A stretch of DNA of 64,000 nt, taken from the NCBI GenBank assembly GCA_050613775.1, contig JBODTK010000153.1, positions 1 through 64,000 on the forward strand. Direction: 5' to 3'. Within the stretch, counting starts at the first letter, position 1. Every line of letters begins with the position of its first letter. Both the position numbers and the translations under genes were made by a program. Source of the DNA: Neocallimastix sp. 'constans'. Taxonomy: Eukaryota. Positions 10,801 to 21,169 of the stretch are shown here, one piece after another. The notes under the pieces were generated by a model that was not told the origin of the DNA, made no database searches, and saw only the letters and a list, made by a program, of their open reading frames with translations.

Positions 10801-12425
10801 ATTACAAAATACAATATAGACCAGGAAAAGAAGGTGGAAAATCAGATGCTTTTTCGAGAAGACCAGATTATGAAAATCAAGAAATAGATGATGAAAAAGA
10901 AACTTCAGCTTGTCTTACAATACAAGAAGCTACAGAAGATTTATGTTTAGTTGCAATTCAAGGGAACTTAAAAGATGAATTGATAAAAGAAATTAAAGAT
11001 GATGAAGTCATACAAGAATTAATCAAGATCAAAAAAGGAGAATCTACTTCTAATAATAAATATAAAAATAAAATGAAAGACTTTACTATTGACGAAGAAG
11101 GTTTATTATTATATAAGGGTTTAATTTTCGTTCCAAAGAAGATGAGAAATATTATCATTGCTATTCATCATGATAATCCAGTTCAAGGTCATTTTGGTAT
11201 TCTCAAAACCAAAGAAATTATAAGTAGAAATTTTGTTTGGTTTAAGATGACTTCCGATATTGTTAAGTATATCGCATCATGCAAAACATGTGCTCGAGTA
11301 AAAGATGATCGCCACCGTCCTTATGGATTACTTCAACCTCTTCCTACTCCAAAAAGACCATGGTCCTCAGTTTCAATGGATTTTATAACTGATTTACCTA
11401 AGTCAAGAGACAAAACAGTTATAATGGTCGTAGTTGATAGATTAACAAAGATGGCTCACTTTATTCCATTTAGGAGTATACCTACTACTCAAATCGCTGC
11501 TGATGTATTTTTTAGAGAAGTTTTTCGTTTACACGGATTACCAGAAGATATTACTTCCGATAGAGGATCTCAATTCACCTCCGAATTCTGGCAAAGACTT
11601 TGTAGTTTATTAGATATTCGTCAAAATTTGTCAACAGCACATCACCCTCAAACAGATGGTCAAACTGAACGAGTTAATGGTATATTAGAACAATTTTTAA
11701 GGTGCTATATTAACAAAAGAAAAAATAACTGGATGGACATTCTTCCTTATGCTGAATTCGCATATAATAACACATTACAACAATCGACTAATCAGACACC
11801 ATTCTTCTCAAATTATGGTTTTAATCCAAAATTCAATCCAGTTATACCTGCTGATAGCAGAAGAACAAGTACCATTGACCATGTTGAACAAATAAGGAAA
11901 AACATGCAATTCCTCAAGAAAAATTTAGAAAAAGCTAAGGAAAGATATAAGAGATATGCAGATCACTTAAGAATTGTAGGACCAAAATTAAAAGTAGGTG
12001 ATAAAGTTTGGTTAAAGCGTCCAGACTTACTTCCAAAAGGTCCTTCTAAATTGACTAACAGAAAACTCGGTCCTTTTAAAATTATTGAAAAAACAGGCCC
12101 TGTTTCTTATAAATTAGAATTACCTGATACTATTAAATGCCATAATGTTTTCCATATTTCAAATCTAGAACCTTACAATGAAAGAGAATTTGATGAATCA
12201 AGTACAAGTACTATTACTCGAATTACTTCGATCGCTACTGATACTGAAGGAAAGGAACCTTTGAAGATTGTTGCCGCTAAAGTTGTTAATAATAAACCTT
12301 TTTACTTTATGTTATGGAAAGGACTTCCAGCTACTGAATGTACTTGGTTGTCTGAAGATGAAATCACTGATCCTCAATTAGTTCAAGAGTTCAATAAAAC
12401 AAATAGAGTTCCTTCTAGATTATAA
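7857..12425 (+). CDS. Gag-Pol polyprotein, copy 2 (first Cys of the zinc knuckle replaced by Tyr)
   Basis: Same motifs as copy 1; the knuckle reads YFICKSTRHLKENC. Confidence 0.97.
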   Translation: MNYININNQHPGARGDFDAASEASSMEIENEVGNNVNTRARLIPKPKAFSGRRNELPAFLGQINRYFKYNLDEEAAADDEFKIDIISSYLEGNAAEWFADLVKEESPLLENYENFIDALQQRYKSCASSDVANSQLTKTRSQQFRTIAEYCNQFEKIARDSSFNDEAKIHFFIEGLPTREKERTKLIYPRIRRINELINVVAANAEEDRRFNGNDPMDIDQRRIRPFRRDLGSSRYQNNYRSSQNYRDSSPKRSNKPKKYFICKSTRHLKENCPKQQDKIRRRERVLQIKLSEKSLAHTYKVVFKYKNGFIMPAILDTGSDLNIMDRATADKYQIPMQRIRHEKNIIGFNGNGTIRYETIPLTMVMGQHTETIQFYIYSLPKGISVILGNPWLKKHCPTIEFDKGNIRFSSQYCKRNCCATAEDIMRRTTEEKKKKDEIRRSKIQLVREIINNYNDVLDSLDNNDVKKLVDNKNKLCSKKSRNIKAIMKKALVKKEKCIKRKELNKGKFENYAFCYVLKNENKDKSVIKCDYNNESVKENKSLERIPKQYEKFKNVFDEQECNELPPHRPYDCKIRLKDDVDLFYGPLYPLTEEEREALKEYIKENLEKGFIRPSTSPAGAPILFVRKKDGSLRLCVDYRRLNENTIRDSYPLPLITELFDRLREAKYFTKLDLKSAYNLVRIREGDEYKTAFRTRYGHFEYLVMPFGLKNAPATFQHFINDVLGEYLDEFAFAYIDDILIYSETLEEHRTHVKKILKKLQESGLYAKLSKSEFEVQKTTFLGHVISNQGISMDPDKVKSILEWPIPTTVKEVQSFIGLCNYYRRFIPNFAKIAKPLHNLTRKDVKYEWTEECSVAFDTLKKLFTKEPILVHADPELPFIVETDASNFAIGAVLSQRQKYTNALHPICYYSRGLTKSEKNYPIYDKELLAVKCALQEWRHYLEGAKHQFTIYTDHKNLTFPRKPELLSQRQIRWNLFLSRFDYKIQYRPGKEGGKSDAFSRRPDYENQEIDDEKETSACLTIQEATEDLCLVAIQGNLKDELIKEIKDDEVIQELIKIKKGESTSNNKYKNKMKDFTIDEEGLLLYKGLIFVPKKMRNIIIAIHHDNPVQGHFGILKTKEIISRNFVWFKMTSDIVKYIASCKTCARVKDDRHRPYGLLQPLPTPKRPWSSVSMDFITDLPKSRDKTVIMVVVDRLTKMAHFIPFRSIPTTQIAADVFFREVFRLHGLPEDITSDRGSQFTSEFWQRLCSLLDIRQNLSTAHHPQTDGQTERVNGILEQFLRCYINKRKNNWMDILPYAEFAYNNTLQQSTNQTPFFSNYGFNPKFNPVIPADSRRTSTIDHVEQIRKNMQFLKKNLEKAKERYKRYADHLRIVGPKLKVGDKVWLKRPDLLPKGPSKLTNRKLGPFKIIEKTGPVSYKLELPDTIKCHNVFHISNLEPYNEREFDESSTSTITRITSIATDTEGKEPLKIVAAKVVNNKPFYFMLWKGLPATECTWLSEDEITDPQLVQEFNKTNRVPSRL

Positions 12426-12458
12426 GTCGCTCAGGGGCTCGACTTAAACAGAGGGGCA

Positions 12459-13410
12459 TGTAAAATATTTGTAAAATATTTAATAATTTGAATACGTATT
12501 TAAATGTAATGTAATGTAAATTATTGTGGATAAAAATGTTTTCCAAATTTTTAATATAAATTTAAATGTATTCCAAATTATTAATTTAATTAATTTTCTC
12601 TAAAATGTATGACTAAATTATTTGGAGAATTTACATCATTATTACTCACTTTGAATCATGGAACTTTGTAAATTAAAAATAATTAGTCATGAAACTTGTA
12701 AATTAAAAATAATTAGTCATAAATTAGTTAAATTAAAATAATCAAAGAAAAATTGCCTTTTCCGTTTGTTTACAAAAACTTGCCGTTTTGTTTATTTATT
12801 TTTAGAAATATTAGATAGTTTTAAATAGTTTTTATATTAAAATAACTCATAAAAATTCATGTAATTTATTATTAAATGTAATTACAAATATATAATAATA
12901 TTTTAGTTAGTTTATTACAATCTATTCAATTTAAATTTTAATTTTCAAAAAGTATAAAATGAGTTAATTTTCAACTATTGAACGATAGTTGGAAAATAGT
13001 ATAGAAAATAGTATAGTTTAGTTAGAAAATAGAATAGTATAGGAAATATTATAGATAAGATAGATAGTACAAATTTTATATTTTATTAATTAGTATTATA
13101 ACTATTATTAGAATAGTTATCTTTTATAAAACAAATTTTATTTTAAATTTTATTTTAAAATCTTAACTGCTAGTAGGCTTTCCGGTAAAGGACCCTACGG
13201 TACCCAGTTAAGTGATTGTTGATTTTAGAATAGTTAAATTCAACAAATAAGAAATATTAATAAAAGGATTTTTTTATAAAACAAAAAATTAAATTAGTTT
13301 TTTAGTTTTAGTGTTTTAGTTAATAATTAATTATAGTGTTGATATAATAAAATAGTGTAAAATAAATTATAGTCTGTCCTCGCCGACCTAAGCTATTATT
13401 TTATTTTACA
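12459..13410 (+). repeat. 3' LTR of copy 2
   Basis: Shares the copy-2-specific variants with 6753-7704. Confidence 0.97.
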
Positions 13411-13740
13411 ACATGGTCCGCCTCCAGGATTCGGATACCAGACGAATCTAACAGTTAGGCATAACTATACTAAAATTAAGCAAACTAAACTAAACTAAAC
13501 TAAATTAAAATAAAATAAAATATAATAAAATAAAAATAATTAATTAACCATTTTATAGTACGAACTTTTTTGAATAAAATTACATGATATTAATAAAGTT
13601 ACATGAATATAATATATAATAAGAATACATGAATATTAATAATATTTAATAATATAAAATAATATTTAGTAATATTGATATTAATAAATTAATATAAGTT
13701 TGATATTAATAAAGTAAAGATTCATTTTCAAGTTTTAATT

Positions 13741-16182
13741 TTAGTTATTTTTGTTAAATTCTTTTAAGAGTTTAGGGCAATTTAAATTTTCTTCGGGTTC
13801 CCAAGATGCTTCAGATAAAGGATAGCCTTTCCATTTAATAAGATATTGGGTTTTGCCATAATGTTTTCTTTTATCAAGAATTTTTTCAACTTCGTATTCT
13901 TCTTCATTGTCAATAATTATCGGTGGTGGTGGTTCTTTCTTTCGTCCAAAGTGATCTTCATAAAATGGTTCAAGTTCAGAAACATGTATTACAGGATGGA
14001 TTCTGATTTCTTTTGGTAAGTCTAACTTATATGAAACGGGAGAAATTTTCTTAATGATTTTATATGGACCAAGTTTTCTGGGTTTAAGTTTTTTATTTCC
14101 ATTATGAATTATAAGTGAACTATTAATCCACACTTTATCACCAGGTTCAAAATTTGGAGCTTCAATACGATGTTTGTTTGCGAATTCTTCTTGCTTTTTT
14201 CTTGCTTGTTGTAAATTTCCATTAAGTGTTTTGAATAATTCTGAAAGGTCTTTTGTAAATTCATCAGCTCTAGGAACATCTGTACTGTTTGGAATTGATG
14301 GTGAATATCTTGGATTATATCCATAGTTTGCATAAAAAGGTGAGTGCTTAATTGATTCTTGAATTGAATTATTATAACTGAATTCTGCTAGGAATAAAAA
14401 ATTATACCAGTCAGAACCTTTAAAGTTTGAATAACATCTTAAGTATTGTTCAATAACGGAGTTCACCCTCTCCGTTAAACCATTGGTTTGGTGATGGAAG
14501 GGAGAAGCAAGTTTCGTTGTGATATTGAAAGATTTACAAATAGCTGACCAAAATTTTGAAGTGAATTGAGAACCTTTATCAGAAAAAAAATCGGAGGGTG
14601 GTTTATGAATAATACGAAAGAGATCATTTAGGTCTTTCTTGGGAACAAATGAAACAGAAGCAGCAGCTGGAGATATAGATTTACTAATAAATTTTTTGTC
14701 TTCATTTTCTTTAATATATTTCTTCGAAGCTAGAGATTCTTTTTCAGTTAAGGGGTAGATTGGATCATAATGAAGTTTTTCATTTTGTTTGGGTTTAATC
14801 TCGCTATCAAAAGGACAATAAGGAGGTGATTCATTAGTGTATATTTCACTGAAAGTGTCTATAAATGGAAGTAATTTTTTTGGTAATGATTTGCTTATTT
14901 TATTATTGATTTCTTCATTTTCATTTTTGTCATTTTGTTTAGTAGTATTTAAAGGAACATAAGAAGTAAAGGAGTTAGGGATGATTAAACAATTTTCAAC
15001 GCAATAATTGGAATTAAATCTTAAGACTTTATTTTTGAAGTCAATATCAGGATTGTGAGTAGAAATCCATTCGAAACCTAAAATAGCACAATAAGAAGGA
15101 AGGTCAACCACATAGAATTGAGTTTTACATTTGTGATTTTTATAAGTGATGGAAATAGGAAGAGTTTTTCCAAGAATAGTTTGCTTTCCACCGATGCCAG
15201 ATACCTTAGGGAAATTAGTTTTGGTTGAATACGGGATATTATTTTCTTTAATATAGTAGATATCCATTAAATTGATTTGAGAACCAGTATCGAGAAGAAT
15301 TTTAGCGGTAGAATTTGTATTATCAATACTTAAAGAAAATTCGTAAATAGGAAGATTTGAGTCAGAAACTCTAGGTCTAGAAATAGGTTTTGATTCGGGA
15401 TTAGAAACATAAGTGCTACTTGATGAAGGTTTATTTTTGTATTTATTTTTAAGTGGACAATTGTCGAGAGAATGTTCAGAGGATCCACAATATAAACAAA
15501 GATTTTCTCTTCTTCTTCTTTCTTTTTCTTCTTGAGATAGAGGTCCATGAGGTTTGGATTTAAATTGCTTTTGGAAAAAGAATGATTTTTTGCCCTTTTT
15601 ATTTTTATTATTATTACTATTATTTGAATTTTGACCATGAAGATTGGAAAATTGTCTATGAGTAGAAATACGATTATCGATTCGAGATGCAATTGTTTGC
15701 ATAGCAAAGAGGGTTTGAGGTCCAGGAAACATTTCTAAAATTCTAGTAGCAATATGGTCATGTAGACCGACAAGAAAGGCGTCCATCTTGGCTTCTTCAT
15801 TCCAAGAAGATTCATCGGCGTATTTATTAAATTCTAAAATATAATTTCTGACTTCACCAATTCGTTTTTGTTTGATTGTTCTTAATTTCTGGTTGGCAAT
15901 AAAGGTAGAGTCGTAGCTTCCAAATACTGATTTTAATCTAGCAATGAATTGATTATAATTAAGGAGACAAGGATCTTGGTTTTCAATAAGGGTAGCAGCC
16001 CAATTCATGGCGTTTCCATACAAACGAGAAATGATATAGATTACTTTAGCTTCATCGTTTGCAAATCTTTCCGGTTGAATCATAAAAATAAGTTCCATTT
16101 TAGCTAGAAATCCTTTAAAGAATCGACGATCACCAGCAAAACCGTCCTTAAAGGTAGGATTTTCTTGGTTATAGTTGTCCAT
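13741..16182 (-). CDS. Gag-protease-(RT/RNaseH deleted)-partial integrase-chromodomain ORF
   Basis: [21 protein letters not shown], degenerate RT start ending FVPKKD fused in frame to integrase ([12 protein letters not shown]), GPY, canonical chromodomain YEVEKIL...WKGY. Confidence 0.93.
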   Translation of the reverse strand: MDNYNQENPTFKDGFAGDRRFFKGFLAKMELIFMIQPERFANDEAKVIYIISRLYGNAMNWAATLIENQDPCLLNYNQFIARLKSVFGSYDSTFIANQKLRTIKQKRIGEVRNYILEFNKYADESSWNEEAKMDAFLVGLHDHIATRILEMFPGPQTLFAMQTIASRIDNRISTHRQFSNLHGQNSNNSNNNKNKKGKKSFFFQKQFKSKPHGPLSQEEKERRRRENLCLYCGSSEHSLDNCPLKNKYKNKPSSSSTYVSNPESKPISRPRVSDSNLPIYEFSLSIDNTNSTAKILLDTGSQINLMDIYYIKENNIPYSTKTNFPKVSGIGGKQTILGKTLPISITYKNHKCKTQFYVVDLPSYCAILGFEWISTHNPDIDFKNKVLRFNSNYCVENCLIIPNSFTSYVPLNTTKQNDKNENEEINNKISKSLPKKLLPFIDTFSEIYTNESPPYCPFDSEIKPKQNEKLHYDPIYPLTEKESLASKKYIKENEDKKFISKSISPAAASVSFVPKKDLNDLFRIIHKPPSDFFSDKGSQFTSKFWSAICKSFNITTKLASPFHHQTNGLTERVNSVIEQYLRCYSNFKGSDWYNFLFLAEFSYNNSIQESIKHSPFYANYGYNPRYSPSIPNSTDVPRADEFTKDLSELFKTLNGNLQQARKKQEEFANKHRIEAPNFEPGDKVWINSSLIIHNGNKKLKPRKLGPYKIIKKISPVSYKLDLPKEIRIHPVIHVSELEPFYEDHFGRKKEPPPPIIIDNEEEYEVEKILDKRKHYGKTQYLIKWKGYPLSEASWEPEENLNCPKLLKEFNKNN

Positions 16183-17232
16183 ATTGAAATAAATAAGGTA
16201 GAGTAGAATAAGTTTTCAAAGATAAAGAATAGGCGGTAGAATCCAGAAGTTCCCAAAGTGGTAGTAGAGATTCCAATAATCCAAAAGGTAGATAGGTAGT
16301 AGAGATTCCAAAAGTTCAAAAGTTGTTTATTGGTAGGTTTCCAAGGTTAATGGATAAGAACACAAAATTTTAATAACACTTTATAATATTTTATAATTGA
16401 ATATTTCTTATTTTATAATTATTTATCAAAAATTACTGAAATATAAACTAGATTATATAGTATTGGACCAACTAAATATATAATCTATCAAAGTTTTATA
16501 CGATAAGTTCCTTTAGCCTTTTAGTGATAACGCAGATAAAATCGATTGTTAATGTCTTATAGACAAAAGGAAGTAATATTGTTAGATTCTTTATTATGTC
16601 TAACTTATTGTTAGCTGAAAAGAATAAAACAAATTATTTTCCCCTATATCAATAGTATCTGAACACTAAAATGTTACGAAAACAGAGACCAACTTCTGTC
16701 GCTTTGGAAGTCGTATAAACCTTATATTTATATTTTAATCTTTGTTTTCTTAATTATAAAATTATAATATTAATTATAAAATTATTAATTGATAAAATAG
16801 AATAGTACTATTGACTCACAACTATAGAAAAAACCGTCAGTACTATTATAACTAGTGCCGCGAGTAAGCACGAAATAAAATTTTAAAATACTATATAATT
16901 TTAATCTTACGCCTTCGGTGACGTAAGCTCCTTATTCGCCAGAGTTGTTGCAAACCTAGAACCGTTTTCCTTTATAATAGGCTACGGTGCTCTCTTATAG
17001 AGTTTTACCTAGTCTAGAACCAAATCTATTCGTCGAGTGCAACACTAAAGAAGATAATTCTTCTAACTCTGTATATGAGCTCTATTCGCTCGTATAAACG
17101 CCTTTTTAAATAAATAAATAAAAAAAAATAAAATTGAACAGGTTTTTCTTGCTATTATTTCAAGCAAGTAATTTATTAAAATAATTAAAAATAAAAAATT
17201 ATTATTACAATTATTAATATTATTATTATTAT

Positions 17233-17267
<35 letters not shown>

Positions 17268-17519
17268 CTAAGCTAATTTAAAAAATTTATTATTTTTGTA
17301 ATAAATTAAATGAAAAAAAATTTTTTTTTTTTTTTTATTTATCTAGAACTAATTGATTTATTCACTAAATTAATCTAAAATATTTATCTAAAAATTAAAA
17401 ATTTTTTTCTTATTAAATTAATTTAATATTATTTATCTAATTATTAATTAATTTTGTTGGGTAAATATTAGAATTAATTTTGAAGGGTTAAGGTAATACA
17501 AGATTAATTTAATATTATC

Positions 17520-17571
<52 letters not shown>

Positions 17572-18044
17572 GTTAAGGTAATGTAAGTTTTATCTTAATA
17601 GGGTAGTACAAGTTTAATTTGAATTATATGATCGGGTAGTACAAGAATTTTTGTTATAAAAATTAATTTCAACAACCATAGGATTAGGATTATCCGGTAA
17701 TATAATAGATACAAAGGATTGAATTATATAATAGTGAGGGTAACTCAAAACAGACAAGGTGATAATTTGAATAGGAATCAATAGGCAGTAATTATTCGTC
17801 TGGGAGGAGATAGAATCCGAGATTAAAAGATATAGAAGTCCGGTATTAAAGAGATAGTAGATAAAAAGATTTATTCAAAGATTATTAGATTAAGATAGAG
17901 AGAACCGGAAGAGTAGGTATTAGTAAAAGTAGAAACCCAACGATTGCCAAAAGATATTAAGAAAGTAGAATTCCTAAAAGTGCGGTAGAATGTCTGCGGG
18001 ATAGCGCAAAGGTATTGAGGGCTTGGATTAGCAGGTGCTTTTAT

Positions 18045-18689
18045 TGTAACGGAGGTGCTTCTATTGTAACGGCGGGACGGGGTATAGAAACACACAAAAG
18101 AAGAAAACTCAATAGGTTTACACTATCTGTATAAATAATTCGTTTTATTAGAAATATTTTTTATTAATTATAAAATTTAAAATAATTATTAATATTAATC
18201 AACAAGGTAATATTTCGAATTACTTATACGTTAATTATTATTAATAAAAGCACGAAGAAAAATATTTTCATTCGTGAAGTTCGCACTATTTATACTTTTA
18301 ACGGAAAAACAGTTTTAACATGTAAAAATAATTTTAAAGAAATATTTAGAAATATGTTTGTAATAATTAATAATGTAAAGTTTCTAGAATATAGATTTTA
18401 ATTGATGAAAATGAATCTTATCAAAAAAGAATAAAATAATTTATATAATAAGAATTTCTAAATTCATTTCGGTTGAATTACGAACCGAAAGAATCTTTAA
18501 CTTTCTATAATTTTATACAGAAAGAATATTCAAGAAGATATTATTAATAATTAATAAAATAATTAATAAAATAATTATTTATGCAAAATGGGTTGAGGTG
18601 TGAGTCGAACCCATGAAGTATTGGTCATGGTCAATGTAACTAACCATTGAACCAAAGTTCTAATTTTACTAACTGAGGATTTCGTTACA
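18045..18689 (-). repeat. 5' LTR of host chromovirus (645 bp)
   Basis: 7-bp terminal inverted repeats TGTAACG/CGTTACA; TATAAATA at 18294-18287; self-primer 18253-18244; first 17 nt recur at 105-89. Confidence 0.85.
18585..18661 (-). promoter_or_regulatory. tRNA-like Pol III internal promoter (A-box and B-box) within the LTR
   Basis: A-box TGGTTCAATGG (18654-18644), B-box GGTTCGACTCA (18611-18601), tRNA-like spacing, T4 run just downstream. The cloverleaf is degenerate. Confidence 0.6.
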
Positions 18690-19735
18690 GTATTATTATT
18701 AGTTATTGTTTGATTAGTTGGTGGTTGTGAATCCTCAAAAATTTCAATAGATTCATTGAAAGTAACATTTTTATGATCTTTATTTTCTTTAAATTCTTTA
18801 CCTTCTTCTTTTTCTGTTGATAGTTTGACATTCGTTCCTCCCTCATCTATTATCATATCAGGTGTTCCTGTAGTTGCTAATTTATTAACGTTTAATTTTC
18901 TTTTCATAATAGTATTTTTCTTCATAGCATTTGTAATAATTGGAACTGGATTATCTATAAGCTTTTTCTTTATTTCTTTGGTATATGGGGAGATTTTTAT
19001 TGAATTATTTTTACCTTTCTTTTGGGCAACAGCGATAATTTCCTCATTATGGTAATTATCAAAATTATTATAAACATTATTTGAATTAGGTTCATTATTA
19101 ATTTTCTTTTCATTATCATTTATAGAAATTCTATTTAAATCAATTTCATTGTTACTTTGATCATCATTATTATTTTTATAAGTATTATTTATATTAACAT
19201 CATTGTTAACTTGTTTATTAATAGTGTCATTTTCATAGATGTTGTTATGATTACTATTATTTAATTTATAACCGTTACTAGTATTCTTACTAAGATATTC
19301 TATATTATTTAAGTTATTATTATTATTATTATTGGAATAAATATTATCAATACTTGTATGATTATCATCAAATAAACTGTTTGTATAATTTATTTTATTA
19401 TTCTTATTTAAATAATTATTGTTTATATCATAATTATGTGAATTATCATTATAAGGATATCCATTATTTATTACATCATTATTTGAAGTTGCACTAGCAT
19501 TATATGAATTATTATTATTATTATTATTATTATGTAAGTTATTATTATTATTATTATTATGTAAATTATTATCATTAGTATTATTATAATTATTTTTTGT
19601 TTTCATAGTATTATTATTTAACTTGGGAGAGTATGTTAAATTTACATATTCTTCATTAATACTATTATTTTTATTATAAGTTTGGAGTTTGGTTTGGTTA
19701 ACGGGAGTTGTCCTTCTCCCATTATTTAGTTTAAA
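18690..19735 (-). CDS. ORF2 (presumed pol N-terminus, Asn-rich) reached by -1 frameshift; truncated by the host-element insertion
   Basis: The -1 frame is open from the slippery site into ORF 19606-18575. The last ~37 aa of that ORF are read-through into the inserted LTR. Confidence 0.7.
19703..19735 (-). promoter_or_regulatory. -1 programmed ribosomal frameshift signal
   Basis: T TTA AAC in frame just before the gag stop, 8-nt spacer, GGGAG-AAGGACAA-CTCCC hairpin. Confidence 0.85.
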
Positions 19736-21030
19736 TTATTAAAGCTATCTCCATTATTATTATTATTATTTACATTAGCTTTGAAATTACTATTAATATT
19801 TGAACTAGTAGTATTAATATCCTGATTTATTCCATTAGAATTTCTATTAAAATTATTATTTCCAGTGGGAATATTATTCTCATTAAAATTATTATTATTT
19901 CTATTAGCAATATTATTTCCAGTAAATTTATTATTTTTATTAAAGTAATAATTACTACCATTAAAAGAATTATTGTAGCCATTTTTATTACTATTATTAT
20001 AATAATTGTTATATTTATTACTATTATTATTATAATCAAAATTATTATTATAATTATTACCCATATCATTATTATTCATATTATAAAGATTATTATTTCT
20101 ATTACTACCATTATTTTTATTATTAGGACATTCATAAGCTTTATGTCCTACTTGTTTACATGAGTAACACATAACTGATTTTCTAGCTTTTGGTTCGTAG
20201 TTATTATAGAATCTTCTTGTATCATAAGTATTATTTTGTTGAATTTGTTCTACTCCGTGATAATAATTATTATTATTATTAAAACTTTTATTTTTATTGT
20301 TACTATATCTACCTGGTGTAAACATTCTATTATTGGTGGAGTTTTCATTTATATAACCCATAACATATGATGACGCTTGATATGAATTATCTAAATTATT
20401 TCCATGTTCTCTTAAGCTCTTATAAATTGGATGATTTAATAAATTGTTATTATTTTTATTTATGTTGTTTTGATATACCATAACATTCTGAGAATTTTTG
20501 TTTGTTATAGTTCGTACTTCAGCTTTTTCTGCACGTTCTGCTACTTCGAACGCTTCTGTTAATGTTTTACAGTTGGCCAAAATTACTTGAGAATGTACAT
20601 ATACCCTATCATGTATAGCATTTAAATAATCATCGACACATATTAATTTTTTATATTCCAAGTCAAGTCGATGATAAAGAGTTAAATAATTATAATTAAA
20701 TCCTTTAATTGTTTCATTTCTTTTTATTTTTAAGGCCTTTAAAATTGAACACTTATCATTTTGAGTAATTTCTAAATAATCTTCAATGGCTCTCTGGATT
20801 TCTTTATATGAGGGAAACCTTTTAACATTATTTCTTGTAGTACATAAAGATTTTAAAAGGTTTTTTATGTCAGCCTCTACTGCGTTCTTTACCCAAATAA
20901 AAATTCTGTTTGGTTCCTCAATGTTGTAAATTTCCATAACATTTTTGAAATCTTCTATCCAAGAATCTATGTCCTTACCATAATTTGCTAAGTATGGTAA
21001 GTCTCTTCTAATTTTCGAAGCGTCCGCCAT
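19726..21030 (-). CDS. Gag with CCHC zinc knuckle and Asn-rich tail
   Basis: CYSCKQVGHKAYEC; capsid-like N-terminal half; lies downstream of the PBS. Confidence 0.85.
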   Translation of the reverse strand: MADASKIRRDLPYLANYGKDIDSWIEDFKNVMEIYNIEEPNRIFIWVKNAVEADIKNLLKSLCTTRNNVKRFPSYKEIQRAIEDYLEITQNDKCSILKALKIKRNETIKGFNYNYLTLYHRLDLEYKKLICVDDYLNAIHDRVYVHSQVILANCKTLTEAFEVAERAEKAEVRTITNKNSQNVMVYQNNINKNNNNLLNHPIYKSLREHGNNLDNSYQASSYVMGYINENSTNNRMFTPGRYSNNKNKSFNNNNNYYHGVEQIQQNNTYDTRRFYNNYEPKARKSVMCYSCKQVGHKAYECPNNKNNGSNRNNNLYNMNNNDMGNNYNNNFDYNNNSNKYNNYYNNSNKNGYNNSFNGSNYYFNKNNKFTGNNIANRNNNNFNENNIPTGNNNFNRNSNGINQDINTTSSNINSNFKANVNNNNNNGDSFNNLN

Positions 21031-21116
21031 TTATCTAATTATTATTTTAATTTGAAATTATATTCTTATATACTTTTACGAGTATAATAATATTATTTTT
21101 ATTATTGTTATTATTA

Positions 21117-21169
<53 letters not shown>

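Larger units (their letters stand above)
6753..13410 (+). mobile_element. Full-length chromovirus, copy 2 (same family, distinct LTR haplotype)
   Basis: 952-bp LTRs at 6753-7704 and 12459-13410, both with an 11-bp terminal duplication TGTAAAATATT; TSD ACATG at 6748-6752 and 13411-13415. Confidence 0.97.
89..18689 (-). mobile_element. Non-autonomous Ty3/Gypsy chromovirus ('host' element), interrupted by nested insertions
   Basis: 5' LTR 18689-18045 (TGTAACG...CGTTACA), self-priming PBS 18044-18035, ORF 16182-13741, PPT-like GGAGGCGGACCA abutting the 3' LTR start at 105 once 108-13415 is removed. Confidence 0.85.

Noticed and set aside
13414..13433. TGGTCCGCCTCC after ...TTACA read as a plus-strand tRNA-Tyr PBS
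   Set aside because: The ORF, self-priming PBS and TATA all orient the host element on the minus strand, where this is the PPT. The spacing also does not fit a tRNA 3' end.
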